Below the pieces are notes generated by a model. That model did not search any database. It had not been told where the DNA came from and saw only the letters and a list, made by a program, of their open reading frames with translations. From NCBI GenBank assembly GCA_002269645.1, contig NIVC01000630.1, positions 372,001-436,000 on the forward strand: a stretch of DNA of 64,000 nucleotides, written 5' to 3'. The position numbers were made by a program, and so were the translations under genes. Position 1 is the stretch's first letter, and every line of letters begins with the position of its first letter. Below are positions 1 to 10,344 of the stretch, piece after piece. This DNA comes from Macrostomum lignano. Lineage: Eukaryota.

Positions 1-870
1 TTTCCAACATCAGCCTCTCCCATGGTTCCCTAGTTTCCAACATCAGCCTCTCCCATGGTCCCTTAGTTTCCAACATCAGCCTCTCCCATGGTCCCTTAGT
101 TTCCAACATCAGCCTCTCCCATGGTCCCTTAGTTTCCAACATCAGCCTCTCCCATGGTTCCCTAGTTTCCAACATCAGCCTCTCCCATGGTCCCTTAGTT
201 TCCAACATCAGCCTCTCCCATGGTCCCTTAGTTTCCAACATCAGCCTCTCCCATGGTCCCTTAGTTTCCAACATCAGCCTCTCCCATGGTCCTTTAGTTT
301 CCAACATCAGCCTCTCCCACGGTCCTTTAGTTTCCAACATCAGCCTCTCCCACCGGTCCTTTAGTTTCCAACATCAGCCTCTTCCATGGTCCTTTAGTTT
401 CCAACATCAGCCTCTCCCACGGTCCTTTAGTTTCCAACATCAGCCTCTCCCACGGTCCTTTAGTTTCCAACATCAGCCTCTCCCATGGTCCTTTAGTTTC
501 CAACATCAGCCTCTCCCATGGTCCCTTAGTTTCCAACATCAGCCTCTCCCATAGTCCCTTAGTTTCCAACATCAGCCTCTCCCATGGTCCCTTTGTTTCC
601 AACATCAGTCTCTCCCATAGTCCCTTAGTTTCCAACATCAGCCTCTCCCATGGTCCCTTAGTTTCCAACATCAGCCTCTCCCATAGTCCCTTAGTTTCCA
701 ACATCAGCCTCTCCCATGGTCCCTTAGTTTCCAACATCAGCCTCTCCCATGGTCCCTTTGTTTCCAACATCAACCTCTCCCATGGTCCTTTAGTTTCCAA
801 CATCAGTCTCTCCCATGGTCCCTTAGTTTCCAACATTAGCATCTCCCATGGTTCCCTAGTTTCCAACATC
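1..870. repeat. 33-bp minisatellite (tttccaacatcagcctctcccatggtcccttag), ~26 copies, in the intron of the nuclear receptor gene; continues past the window start
   Basis: Direct 33-bp periodicity. It explains the 11-aa repeat ORF 327..869. Confidence 0.97.
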
Positions 871-1056
871 CGCCTCTCCCTTAGTCTTCCAGCTCAGCCA
901 CCTTATTTACTATCAGTCCCCAAATCTGCCACTCGATTGTCTTTTATTCCTTTTATTCCCTGTAGTCCTAATTATTGCGCAATGTTTTAAAGTCGAATGC
1001 ATTTTATTAGACAGCTATTAGCTACGCTCTTTCATATTTAGAAGCTAAAAACTCAC

Positions 1057-2316
1057 TCTGTCCTCAGCCCTAGCCTGTTGCAAGGCCTCCTGCAGCTGCA
1101 AATCCGACAGCGCCCTGGCCCTATTAAGCGAATCATCGCCTACGGCTACTGTTGTCTCAGTCTGAGCAGCCAGCGGTCTACGCCCCAGTTTGCACGACTC
1201 TCGGCTCATGCCAACAGCCAGGCACTTGCGCAATCGACAGGCTTTACAATCCGACCGATTATTCGGCGTCACGTCGCACTGATTGCCGCCGCGTACGCAG
1301 ACTAGACGCGTCGGAGGCGACAACGAGCCGCCGACGTCCGACACAGACGATTGCTGATTATTAGCCAGAGCTCGTTTGAAAAAATTCCGACAACTTTCGC
1401 AGGCGTGCACGCCGTAGTGCAAATTAACTCGACGATTAGTGCCGCACACCGAGCAGCAAACAGTTGAAGAATTTGTCGCCGAAGAATTCGACGCTGTCGG
1501 AGTCCAAGTAGACGATGTCGGCGATAAGGATGAAGCTGTGGAAGCGGCTGCAACCGACAACAGTTGGCCAACGATGGCATCTTCGTCATCAACATCTTCA
1601 TTGTCATCGTCAAGAACCTCATCGTCGACAATAACATCGTCGTCCATCTGGCCGCCAATGCTGATCGAAGTCGCTGCTGCTGATGTCGGCGATACGACCA
1701 CTGTGGTTGTTGGCGAAGTAGCCGACGGTCTAGCGAGTCGCACGGTGACAGTCCGCCTAGGATTCGATGGCAGGCTTTTAACAACGGCGCCGTTCTTGGC
1801 CGTTGTGGACGACGAAGCGTTGGTTAGCAGAACGTCCTGGCTGTTGTTTTCAACAACTGACCGACGACTGCGGCTGCCACCACTGCGCTGCTGCCTAGCA
1901 ACTCCAAGCACATCGGCAAGAACGTCGTCTTCATGATCATCATCTTTGACGCTATTATCGTCGGTAGAATTATGATTGCCGACAATGATTTCGGCTGGCA
2001 AGACTCCCTGATGATCATCGCCTTCATTGCCGCCGTTATTATCAACAGTATGATGAAGCTGCTGCTGCTGATGCTGGATGATTGACGCACCAGGCGATGA
2101 TTCAACAACAGGAGGAGGCGAGTCAGCCGCAGCATCGCCAAGACGATGCAGCCGGAGCCGCTTGCCAGCAGTAACGAAATTAGCCGAAGCAGATGACTTT
2201 GAAGCTGCTGCAGTTGAGGTAACAGACATCGAGGTTGGCTGAACCAACACTGATGGACGCTTCAATAACTGACTGGCTGTCAATACAGGCTGCTGCTGAT
2301 TGCTACTGCTGCTCAT
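1057..2316 (-). CDS. Nuclear hormone receptor, first coding exon (long low-complexity A/B region plus C4 zinc-finger DBD); the rest of the gene is off-window
   Basis: Two C4 fingers: CSVC...HYGVHACESCRNFFKR...CVRGGNQC...CKACRLRKCLAVGM. The T-box-like GMSRESCKLGRRP follows. Donor AGA|GTGAGT at 1057/1056, phase 0. Confidence 0.92.
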
Positions 2317-2954
2317 AATCTCAATGCTTCGATTCTTTTTTGCTTATAAGACACTTGTGTTTGCCCGTTTCGAGACGGAGAGATTGTTTTGATGGAGCAA
2401 GACCGAGTTCCGAGGGGAAGAGAAGCGCAATTATTATTTACAATTATTTTAGCATAGGCAAACGCCAAGTCTTTATTCGACAAACATTTTCTCCAGTGTG
2501 TTTGTTTCTTTGTACTTGTGTGTGCTTGATTCTGAAATGTAGAAAAATTTGTACCTTAACATTAAGAAAAGTGACTTAGTAATGGAAATAAGAAATTTGT
2601 AAAGTTCTTCTTATAAACTTCAAAAAAACACCTAGACTTTTTTCCATGAGTAAGTTTCTGGCTAAAATGCTCGCTGCAACTACTAACAAGAGTAGTTTTT
2701 TAGTATTTGACTCCGGAAAACAACAAGAAAAGTGGCAACTTCATCAACAAAATCGCCGAGGAACAAATGGGTGCTTTTATATTTTTGTACAAAAGATCTT
2801 GCCAAGCAAATGGTTAACATTCAGTTGAGTTAGCACACGATTAGCCAAACTGCCCTGAATTCAATAACTACTGCGCAGCATTAGACAGAAGAATCAGCTA
2901 AATGCTTTTAAAAACGCTAAATCTTTAAATAGTCGGTTTTTAAAATATAACTTA

Positions 2955-3725
2955 CTACAATAGGTTCAGAGAGGGCAGCAGTGGCAACCTACAGTAGGAT
3001 CGGGGGGGGGGGGCAGCAGCAACCTACAGTAGGATCAGAGGAGGCAGCGGCAATCTACAGTAGGATCAGAGGGGGCAGCGGCAACCTACAGTAGGATCAG
3101 AGGGGGCAGCGGCAACCTACAGTAGGATCGGGGGGGGGGCAGCAGCAACCTACAGTAGGATCAGAGGAGGCAGCGGCAATCTACAGTAGGATCAGAGGAG
3201 GCAGCGGCAACCTACAGTAGGATCAGAGGGGGCAGCGGCAACCTACAGTAGGATCAGAGATGGCAGCGGCAACCTACAATAGGATCAGAGGGGGCAGCGG
3301 CAACCTACAGTAGGATCAGAGGGGGCAGCGGCAACCTACAATAGGATCAGAGGGGGCAGCGGCAACCTACAGTAGGATCAGAGAGGGCAGTGGCAACCTA
3401 CAGTAGGATCAGAGGAGGCAGCGGCAATCTACAGTAGGATCAGAGGAGGCAGCGGCAACCTACAGTAGGATCAGAGGGGGCAGCGGCAACCTACAGTAGG
3501 ATCAGAGGGGGCAGCGGCAACCTACAGTAGGATCAGAGGGGGCAGCGGCAACCTACAGTAGGATCAGAGGGGGCAGCGGCAACCTACAGTAGGATCAGAG
3601 AGGGCAGCGGCAACCTACAGTAGGATCAGAGGGGGCAGCGGCAACCTACAGTAGGATCAGAGAGGGCAGCGGCAACCTACAGTAGGATCAGGGGGGGCAG
3701 CGGCAACCTACAGTAGGATCAGAGG
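2955..3725. repeat. 31-bp minisatellite (ggatcagagggggcagcggcaacctacagta), ~24 copies, directly after the UTP15 stop codon
   Basis: Direct periodicity. Confidence 0.96.
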
Positions 3726-3744
3726 GAATTAAGCCCCAAGCCAA

Positions 3745-4266
3745 TCACAGAGCGTCACCCCCGGAGCCAGCCAGGCCCCCAGCAGCAGCAGACGTATCAA
3801 GCAGCAGGCCAACCCGTCCTAGACACATAGCCGACTGTTTCCCCAATTCGATTTCCCTAGCTAAAAGTGCTCGAAGGCGTTCAAACAGCGGTCGAATTCC
3901 TGGTCGAGCCCGGAGCTCCCTAGGCGCGGCGTAGATTTCAATTAGATCGCTAGCCAGTGGCAGGGCGTCCTCGGCCATGTCCTGGTTGCCCAGACTGTGA
4001 AGTACAAATTTCAACAGGGCGGCAACGTGGACATCGGGCCTACCAGCCAGAGCGGTTGCCAGGGCGCCTCGTCTAGCCAGTTCTCGCATTGCTGCGGCCG
4101 CTTGTTGAGGCTTACGCTTGAGCTGGCCTTTGGATATCACGTGACTTAAAGCGTCGGAGTGACGAAATTTTTTCAATAATCGATCCAACTGATCCAGCTG
4201 CTGACGAGGCCGGCGAGATCTACCCGGGCCCGGGGCGACCACGTCTTCTGGTCGGGCTGGCATTAC
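3745..4266 (-). CDS. UTP15: UTP15 last exon (UTP15 C-terminal domain)
   Basis: QLDRLLKKFRHSDAL...RRGALATALAGR...LLKFV matches the UTP15_C pattern. Acceptor CTCCCAG at 4267, TGA at 3745. Confidence 0.88.
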   Translation of the reverse strand, partial: VMPARPEDVVAPGPGRSRRPRQQLDQLDRLLKKFRHSDALSHVISKGQLKRKPQQAAAAMRELARRGALATALAGRPDVHVAALLKFVLHSLGNQDMAEDALPLASDLIEIYAAPRELRARPGIRPLFERLRALLAREIELGKQSAMCLGRVGLLLDTSAAAGGLAGSGGDAL

Positions 4267-4346
4267 CTGGGAGGTTAGGTAGACGGCGGGAGTAAATTTG
4301 ACTAAATTAGCCTCGTCAGCTAATTAGTTACTGATTTAGCTCCTAC

Positions 4347-4583
4347 CTGATAAGCCTTCACCGCTTTCAAATAGGGATCTTTCATCGCGGCCGACATCGA
4401 CTTCGCCGCCTCCGCGGCCTCGGCGGCTGCGGCCGGCGATTCGTAACGCCGAGTTAACAGCCAGCGATCGTTCGTGCCCAAGACCAGACAGTCGGCCTCA
4501 CCGGGCGAGAGCGCCATGCTGAGCAGACCGCAGTTCGGGTATTCGTATTTTTGAACCTCTTCATAGGTCAGCAGATCAGTTAC
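4347..4583 (-). CDS. UTP15: UTP15 exon (last WD40 repeat)
   Basis: VTDLLTYEEVQKYEYPNCGLLSMALSP...LVLGTND. Acceptor CCGCAG and donor CAG|GTAGGA, both phase 0, 237 nt. Confidence 0.85.
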
Positions 4584-4644
4584 CTGCGGTGGCAGGGTGG
4601 ACGTCGTGTTGGATGCACAATATCTACATGTTGATACTTTATTT

Positions 4645-5270
4645 GGGATCTGGGAGGCTGGTCCAGCAACTAACACTCTGGGAGGCTGGCACAGAAACTG
4701 AAACTCTGGGAGGCTGGCCCAGCAACTGAGGATCTGGAAGGCTGGCCCAGCAACTGAGGATCTGGAAGGTCAAGCAACTGAGGATCTGGAAGGCTGGCCC
4801 AGCAACTGAGGATCTGGAAGGTCAAGCAACTGAGGATCTGGGAGGTCAAGCAACTGAGGATCTGGGAGGCCCAGCAACCGAGGATCTGGGAGGCCCAGTA
4901 ACTGAGGATCTGGGAGGCCAAGCCACTAAGGATCTGGGAGGTCAAGCAACTGAGGATCTGGGAGGCCCAGCAACCGAGGATCTGGGAGGCCCAGTAACTG
5001 AGGATCTGGGAGGCCCAGCAACCGAAGATCTGGGAGGCCCAGCAACTGAGGATCTGGGAGGCCCAGCAACCGAGGATCTGGGAGGCCAAGCAACTGAGGA
5101 TCTGGGAGGCCCAGCAACTGAGGATCTGGGAGGCCAAGCAACCGAGGATCTGGGAGGCCCAGCAACTGAGGATCTGGGAGGCCAAGCAACTGAGGATCTG
5201 GGAGGCCAAGCAACTGAGGATCTGGGAGGCCAAGCAACTGAGGATCTGGGAGGCCCAGCAACTGAGGATC
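4645..5270. repeat. 24-bp minisatellite filling a UTP15 intron (ggaggcccagcaactgaggatctg)
   Basis: Starts 5 nt after the donor. It explains the ILSCWASQ and LPDPQLLG repeat ORFs. Confidence 0.96.
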
Positions 5271-5275
5271 TTTAC

Positions 5276-5686
5276 CTTGACAAGACCATCCAAGCCGCAG
5301 GAGAGCAGAGCGCCCCGTCCAACAGCCAGATCAGTGACGTGTTTGTGATGCCGCCTATAAGCGGCAATCTGCCGGCCGCCTTGATGCAGCGACAGCGCCC
5401 GCACCCAACAGTCGCCAGCTACGTACAGCGCATTGTCGCCGGGGGCCAGTCTAACACAGGTGACGGGGTGCTCGTGAGACAGAACTAGGGCTGGCCTAGG
5501 CTGCCTAGAATCTAATAGATAGGCCCGACCGTTGATCATGCCGCAGGCTAGCAGGTTGCAGTCTGTCTGGCTGGCGTCTAACGCGGTTGCTTTGTCCATC
5601 GCTGCTGCGGTGGCGTCGGCAGGTGGAGCGGACACGGAAGTGGAGCTCGATGCCGATGACAGATCGAATTCCATGAGCGGTTGGCC
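5276..5686 (-). CDS. UTP15: UTP15 exon (WD40 repeats)
   Basis: HEHPVTCV...[12 protein letters not shown]...[11 protein letters not shown] aligns with UTP15 HGQPVESV...NHHKTVTCL...LLSGSLDRKVK. Acceptor TTTCAG, donor AAG|GTAAAG, 411 nt. Confidence 0.9.
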
Positions 5687-5769
5687 CTGAAATATAAATT
5701 CGTCTGTCTTTTAATTTACGTTGACTAATATATGCATGTGTTGCATCGATTTTTTTGCATATGTATAGG

Positions 5770-6045
5770 CCTACCTTATCTACCTGGCTACCTACCTACC
5801 TGTGACAACCTGGCTGCATTATCTACCAGACTTGACTACCTTATCTACCTGGCTACCTACCTACCTGTGACAACCTGTCTGCATTATCTACCAGACTTGA
5901 CTACCTCATCTACCTAATACCATTTCTACTTTTCTGCATTATCTACCTGTCTGAATTATCTACCTGACTTGTCTACCATATCTACCTGACTTGTCTACCT
6001 TATCTACTGACTTGTCTACCTAAATCTACCTGTCTACATTATCTT
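5770..6045. repeat. Degenerate ctacctgacttg-type low-complexity repeat in a UTP15 intron
   Basis: Recurrent tctacc/ctgacttg motifs, including a ~54-bp duplication. Confidence 0.7.
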
Positions 6046-6127
6046 ATCACAACCGTCTGTGTTATCTATCCAGGCTATCTATGTATATATCTATGTTATA
6101 TATGAATCTGAGCATTAATTAGCTCAC

Positions 6128-6445
6128 CTGAGGATCGGACACGTCCCACAGTAGGCAGCGACCATCTTCGGCGCAAGAGGCCAGCTTTGGCGCAGCGGAC
6201 AGAGTCGAGCCGCCGCCAACAACGCCAGCTAGAAAAGCGAGGCCCGTTACGGCGGCCGTATGAGCAGTCATATGACGCAGTTCGGTCCGCATAGCAACAC
6301 TGTGCACAGACAGGTGACCATTGGTCTCGCCAACAGCGATTAATCCGCTGCCTAAGCCGCGATAAGCGATGGAGCGAACTGGCGATTTGAATCTATGAAA
6401 ATTCTTTACCACGGCATTGTTGGCCGATGGGTCGCGAATTTCAAC
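6128..6445 (-). CDS. UTP15: UTP15 exon (WD40 repeats)
   Basis: VEIRD...VKNFHRFKSPVRSIAYR...HTAAVTGLAF...SCAEDGRCLLWDV. Acceptor TTCAAG, donor CAG|GTGAGC, 318 nt. Confidence 0.88.
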
Positions 6446-6539
6446 CTTGAATAAAATGGGGGTTGCTTTTTTGCAATACTACTTAGAAGTAGGAACAGTA
6501 GGCTACTTTACCAGTTACTCATACCCTACTGCTGCAGCT

Positions 6540-6740
6540 TCTACTATTACTACTCCTCCTACTACTACTGCTTATACTACTACTACTGCTTATACTACTA
6601 CTACTGCTTATACTACTACTGCTTATACTACTACTGCTTATACTACTACTGCGTATACTACCGTATACTACTACTGCTTATACTACTACTACTGCTTATA
6701 CTACTACTAGAGCTGCTTCCACTACTGCTACTACTATGGG
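6540..6740. repeat. (TAC)n-rich microsatellite in a UTP15 intron
   Basis: tactactactgcttatactac units. Confidence 0.9.
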
Positions 6741-6930
6741 TTTTTTGCCATAGCATACCATGTGTAATGACACATCAACTTTCATTTTGTTATGCAGCTT
6801 TTTTCTAAACTGAATGCCATTTAATTTAAAACCCATATAAAAAACAAACCAGGTGCTGTATCAATAATTTTATAACTATTAGGATGTCAACTCTTCTATG
6901 AGTGCATATCAATTGTCACACATTACACAC

Positions 6931-7020
6931 CTGAAATCCACTGGCAACGGCGAAATTTGGCACAGATTGGCAGTACTTGACACAGCAGACTGGATCTTCA
7001 AGCTTGTTGAATGGGCCATT
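6931..7020 (-). CDS. UTP15: UTP15 exon (N-terminal, NGPFNKLEDPVCCVKYCQSVPNFAVASGFQ); the upstream start exon was not located
   Basis: 90-nt open exon between acceptor CCTGTAG and donor CAG|GTGTGT. Resembles UTP15 [23 protein letters not shown] and joins in frame to VEIRD. Confidence 0.75.
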
Positions 7021-7449
7021 CTACAGGTAATAAAATATAATTAGGGAAACAACTGTAAAATTTGGAAGTATCTGTCAATAAGCAGAGTTATATTTATTTG
7101 TAAAGTCTAATTCCATTCACTTTTTGCAATTGCAACTTATGTATATGACATAATATCAGTATATGTGCATGCAGTGTAGTGATAATAATATAGATTATAA
7201 TTTGAAGTTGAAATTTCAATGCTGATTAATGCTTCAATGACTTTTTGCATCATAGATTTAGTAGTCAGGCACACTGATGACTTCTTCCTAATCATTAAGA
7301 ATTTGTATTTTTAACTGCCATAGCTATAATTATAGTAAAACAAAAAGCTCCTTGATATGTGCAATAAATTAATTCTAATTCTAAATCCTACTTAGGCCTT
7401 TTATTTAGGCATTTTGGCATTGCTATTTACTAAACTTTCTAAAGGTTTT

Positions 7450-7817
7450 TTTTATTAGATTATTAGAGGCAGGGGGGTTGTGTGCACCCTGGCGCACTTT
7501 AAGCGACATAGGCACACAACCGGCAAGAGGCATTACTGCCCATTCCGCCGACTCCCCTGAGCAGGCATACAAGCGCGCGGATACGTATGCAGGCACACAC
7601 TCACACAGGAGTGTACAGCGGCCCTAACTTTATTTTATCGTTAGGCATGTACACTTCACTGCGCCTTGGGGGGTTGGCTCTCAAGGCCGTTAATTGCACA
7701 AGCGAGCCAAGCCAAAATTCCAATTCAGCCCCAAATTAATGTGGCTGCACTTGGAATCGAGCCTGGGTCGCGGCACACCAGAGCAGCTGCGCTACCGCTG
7801 GGCTACGGCCCCCCCTC
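7450..7817 (-). mobile_element. Full-length tRNA-derived SINE (~370 bp) with A-rich tail and 13-bp TSD
   Basis: Minus-strand head GGCCGTAGCCCAGCGGTAG (A box) ... GGCTCGATTCC (B box). Tail CTAATAATCTAATAAAAAA. The flanking direct repeat ttctaaaggtttt is at 7437..7449 and 7818..7830. Confidence 0.8.
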
Positions 7818-8659
7818 TTCTAAAGGTTTTAAGATATTAAACAAAAAGGAAAAAAACTCAAGTTTAAGCTAAGTATCAGCTTTTTATATGATAAACTAAG
7901 GCAGTTATAGCTATCCACAAGGTATAGCTACTTTGAAATTTCATAACTAAGAGGTTCAAGAAATGAAACAAAATCATAAAAAAAATTTTCTAATACATTA
8001 TATATTGCTATCAGTTAGGTTTTTTGTGATTTACAGATGACATGGTATCCTGACTTTCATTTCTGTATTCCTGGATTTGGCCCTGCAATAACAACTTGAC
8101 ACCCTGTTTTTTGACATTGATGCCAATTTATCAAACTTGTAATTAATTAAATTATCTGATGGTCAATCTAAAATGATGGAATTCAACAGAACTGTGATGT
8201 ACTATATTTGGAATTTAGGACTTATGTCAGAGGCACAAAGTCAGAACAATGCAGGGGCAGGTTAAAGATACAAGAATTTTCAACACAAGAATAAGTTTTT
8301 AGTTTGGCATTAGCATTTTGTACACTTATTGTGCTATTATTTGAAGACATTCAAAATGTTTATTAATTTCCAAGTTCATATATTTAGGACTTTCTCAATC
8401 AATGTTTTTGTTTTTGAAAAAAAATTAATTTAAATACAATATTTGTTGACATTATTTGTAATCAAATTCTAAGTAATAGCAAAAGAGATTACCAAATTAA
8501 GATTAGCATCACCACTGATAGTAGTTTTTTGCATTTTTTCTCTTGCACCCAACATGATCCAGACTATGGTATAAGGATTCTTATAAGCAATTTTATCTAG
8601 CTTTAAGTTTAATCTTACTTATGTAATTGTTAATGTTAATTAATAATGTATTTAAAAAG

Positions 8660-8745
8660 GCAGTGACTATTCATCTGGAATTGGATGAATAACTTCACTA
8701 TTATTCATCTGGTACCAGATAAATAATAGTGAAGTTATTTGTCTG
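8660..8745. repeat. GGTACC-centred 52-bp palindrome (8688..8739) with a flanking small hairpin; inverted copy at 13121..13194
   Basis: aataacttcactattattcatctggt|accagataaataatagtgaagttatt, with 1 mismatch. Confidence 0.8.
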
Positions 8746-9279
8746 GCACAGTACGGATATGGATATATATTAAAAACTTGTAAAATACAAGGAATACTCA
8801 AAGAAGTAGTATATAGTTCACTTTTAGGCTAGAAGAAAAAATATTTGTTATGATTAGATAAGTGCTATGTCTTAGAAATTCTCGAACTTAAAGCAAAAAA
8901 ATACTTGGGCATAGGCGAAATACCAAAAGTTTTGTATAATTTTTTCCTTTATTATATTTTGTTCTATACATATTGATATGTTTTGGTTTCATAGTAAATA
9001 GTAGTCATAGCACAATCAAAATTAATAATGACATTTGCTGCTATATAACACAAATGCCAAAGTAAATACTTGGAGTTATTACAATAACACTTGGAGTTGT
9101 TACAATAAAAAGCATGGAGTAATCACTACAGATTCGAACTCAGTACTGACTGATCATTAGGAAGACACTAACATCATACTAATATACTTTGTTAGAAAAG
9201 ACTAGCAATCTACGCCCCCCATTGGGGAGCCAAAGAAATGCAATACACGTTTTTTTAATAAGCTACATGTATCCTTGAA

Positions 9280-10250
9280 ATCTTAAAAAATCTTCTATCA
9301 AACCTTGTAAGCCTTGACATGTCAGTAATTCCCCCCCACAAGCTTTAACATATCAACTTCCCCCCTTGACATCTCAGCCATGCCCCCAATAAGCCTTGGA
9401 AATCTAAAAATATCTGTCAACCTTCTAACCCTAACCCTAACCTAACCCTAAAGCATTGAAATTTCAGTAATTCTCTTTAAGAGTCATTATAGCACTACTA
9501 CAGCATTATAGCGATTCCCTGCAAGCCTCGACATCGTAGGGATTCCCAAATGAATATCTTAACTTCGACATGAAGCTTCTTTTATTTTTTACATTACGCT
9601 TTTTTAATCAGCGATCCCTCCCCTGAGGAGGCATCAAATAATGTAATAAAAAGTTTTCAATAAACTACATGTAGCTTCTGACTTTAGCCTTGAAATCTCA
9701 TTTATACCCTCGTGAGCCTTGACATCTCAGCTATTCCCCCCGTAAGCCTTAACATGTCAGCGATGGCGCCCATAAACCTTGAAATCTGAAAAATCCCCTG
9801 CTAACCTTGAAACTCGATAAAATATAACCCTCAACCCACACCTGACCTAAACCTAACTTTAACCCAACATAAAGCCTTGAAATCTCAGCAATTCTTCTCC
9901 CCTAAGCCTTGACATTTTAGTGATTCCTTCTTTAAGAATCACAGCACTATTACGATTTCCACCTAGCTTTGACATCGTAGCAATTCCCAAATGAATCTTT
10001 TAACTTCGACATGACTTTTCTTTTATGTATACATAGTGCTACTTTTATTTTTTACATGACTCTTCTTCTATCAGCACCTCCCGTGGCGAGCCAACAAAGA
10101 ATGCAATAAAAAAAATTGAGTAAAGTACATGAACTTTGAATTAGCTTCTGACTTTTGCTTTGACATCTCAGAAACCCCCCCCCCGTAATCTCAGTTATTC
10201 TCTGAGAGCCTTGACGTCTCAGTTTTTCTCCCCAGCACAGCATTATAGCT
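9280..10250. repeat. Degenerate ~440-bp duplication built from ccttgacatctcagc...cccc modules with (TAACCC)-like runs
   Basis: ttcccaaatgaat..ttaacttcgacatga occurs at ~9543 and ~9984. The module is the same as the 53335..53870 array. Confidence 0.7.
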
Positions 10251-10344
10251 GCATTTAATTTTTCCATGACACCTTTCATGTCTGATATGACGCTTCTTTT
10301 ATTCTACTATGATGCTTCTTAATTTTTTAAATGACACTTTCATT

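Noticed and set aside
327-869. Long repetitive ORFs (also 4926..5261, 26062..26550, 29038..30335, 35043..36435, 49454..50436, 57687..59221, 61129..62363, 62808..63331)
   Set aside because: They are translations of stop-free minisatellite units lying in introns or intergenic DNA. They are open in several frames or on both strands and have no domain signal.
1302-2141. Alternative-frame and antisense ORFs overlapping the receptor exon (similarly 22464..23170 and 62403..62947)
   Set aside because: They are shadow ORFs of GC-rich coding exons.
8030-8130. Candidate first exon of UTP15 (minus strand ...NESQDTMSS)
   Set aside because: Resemblance to the UTP15 N-terminus is weak, with no convincing in-frame ATG and donor combination.
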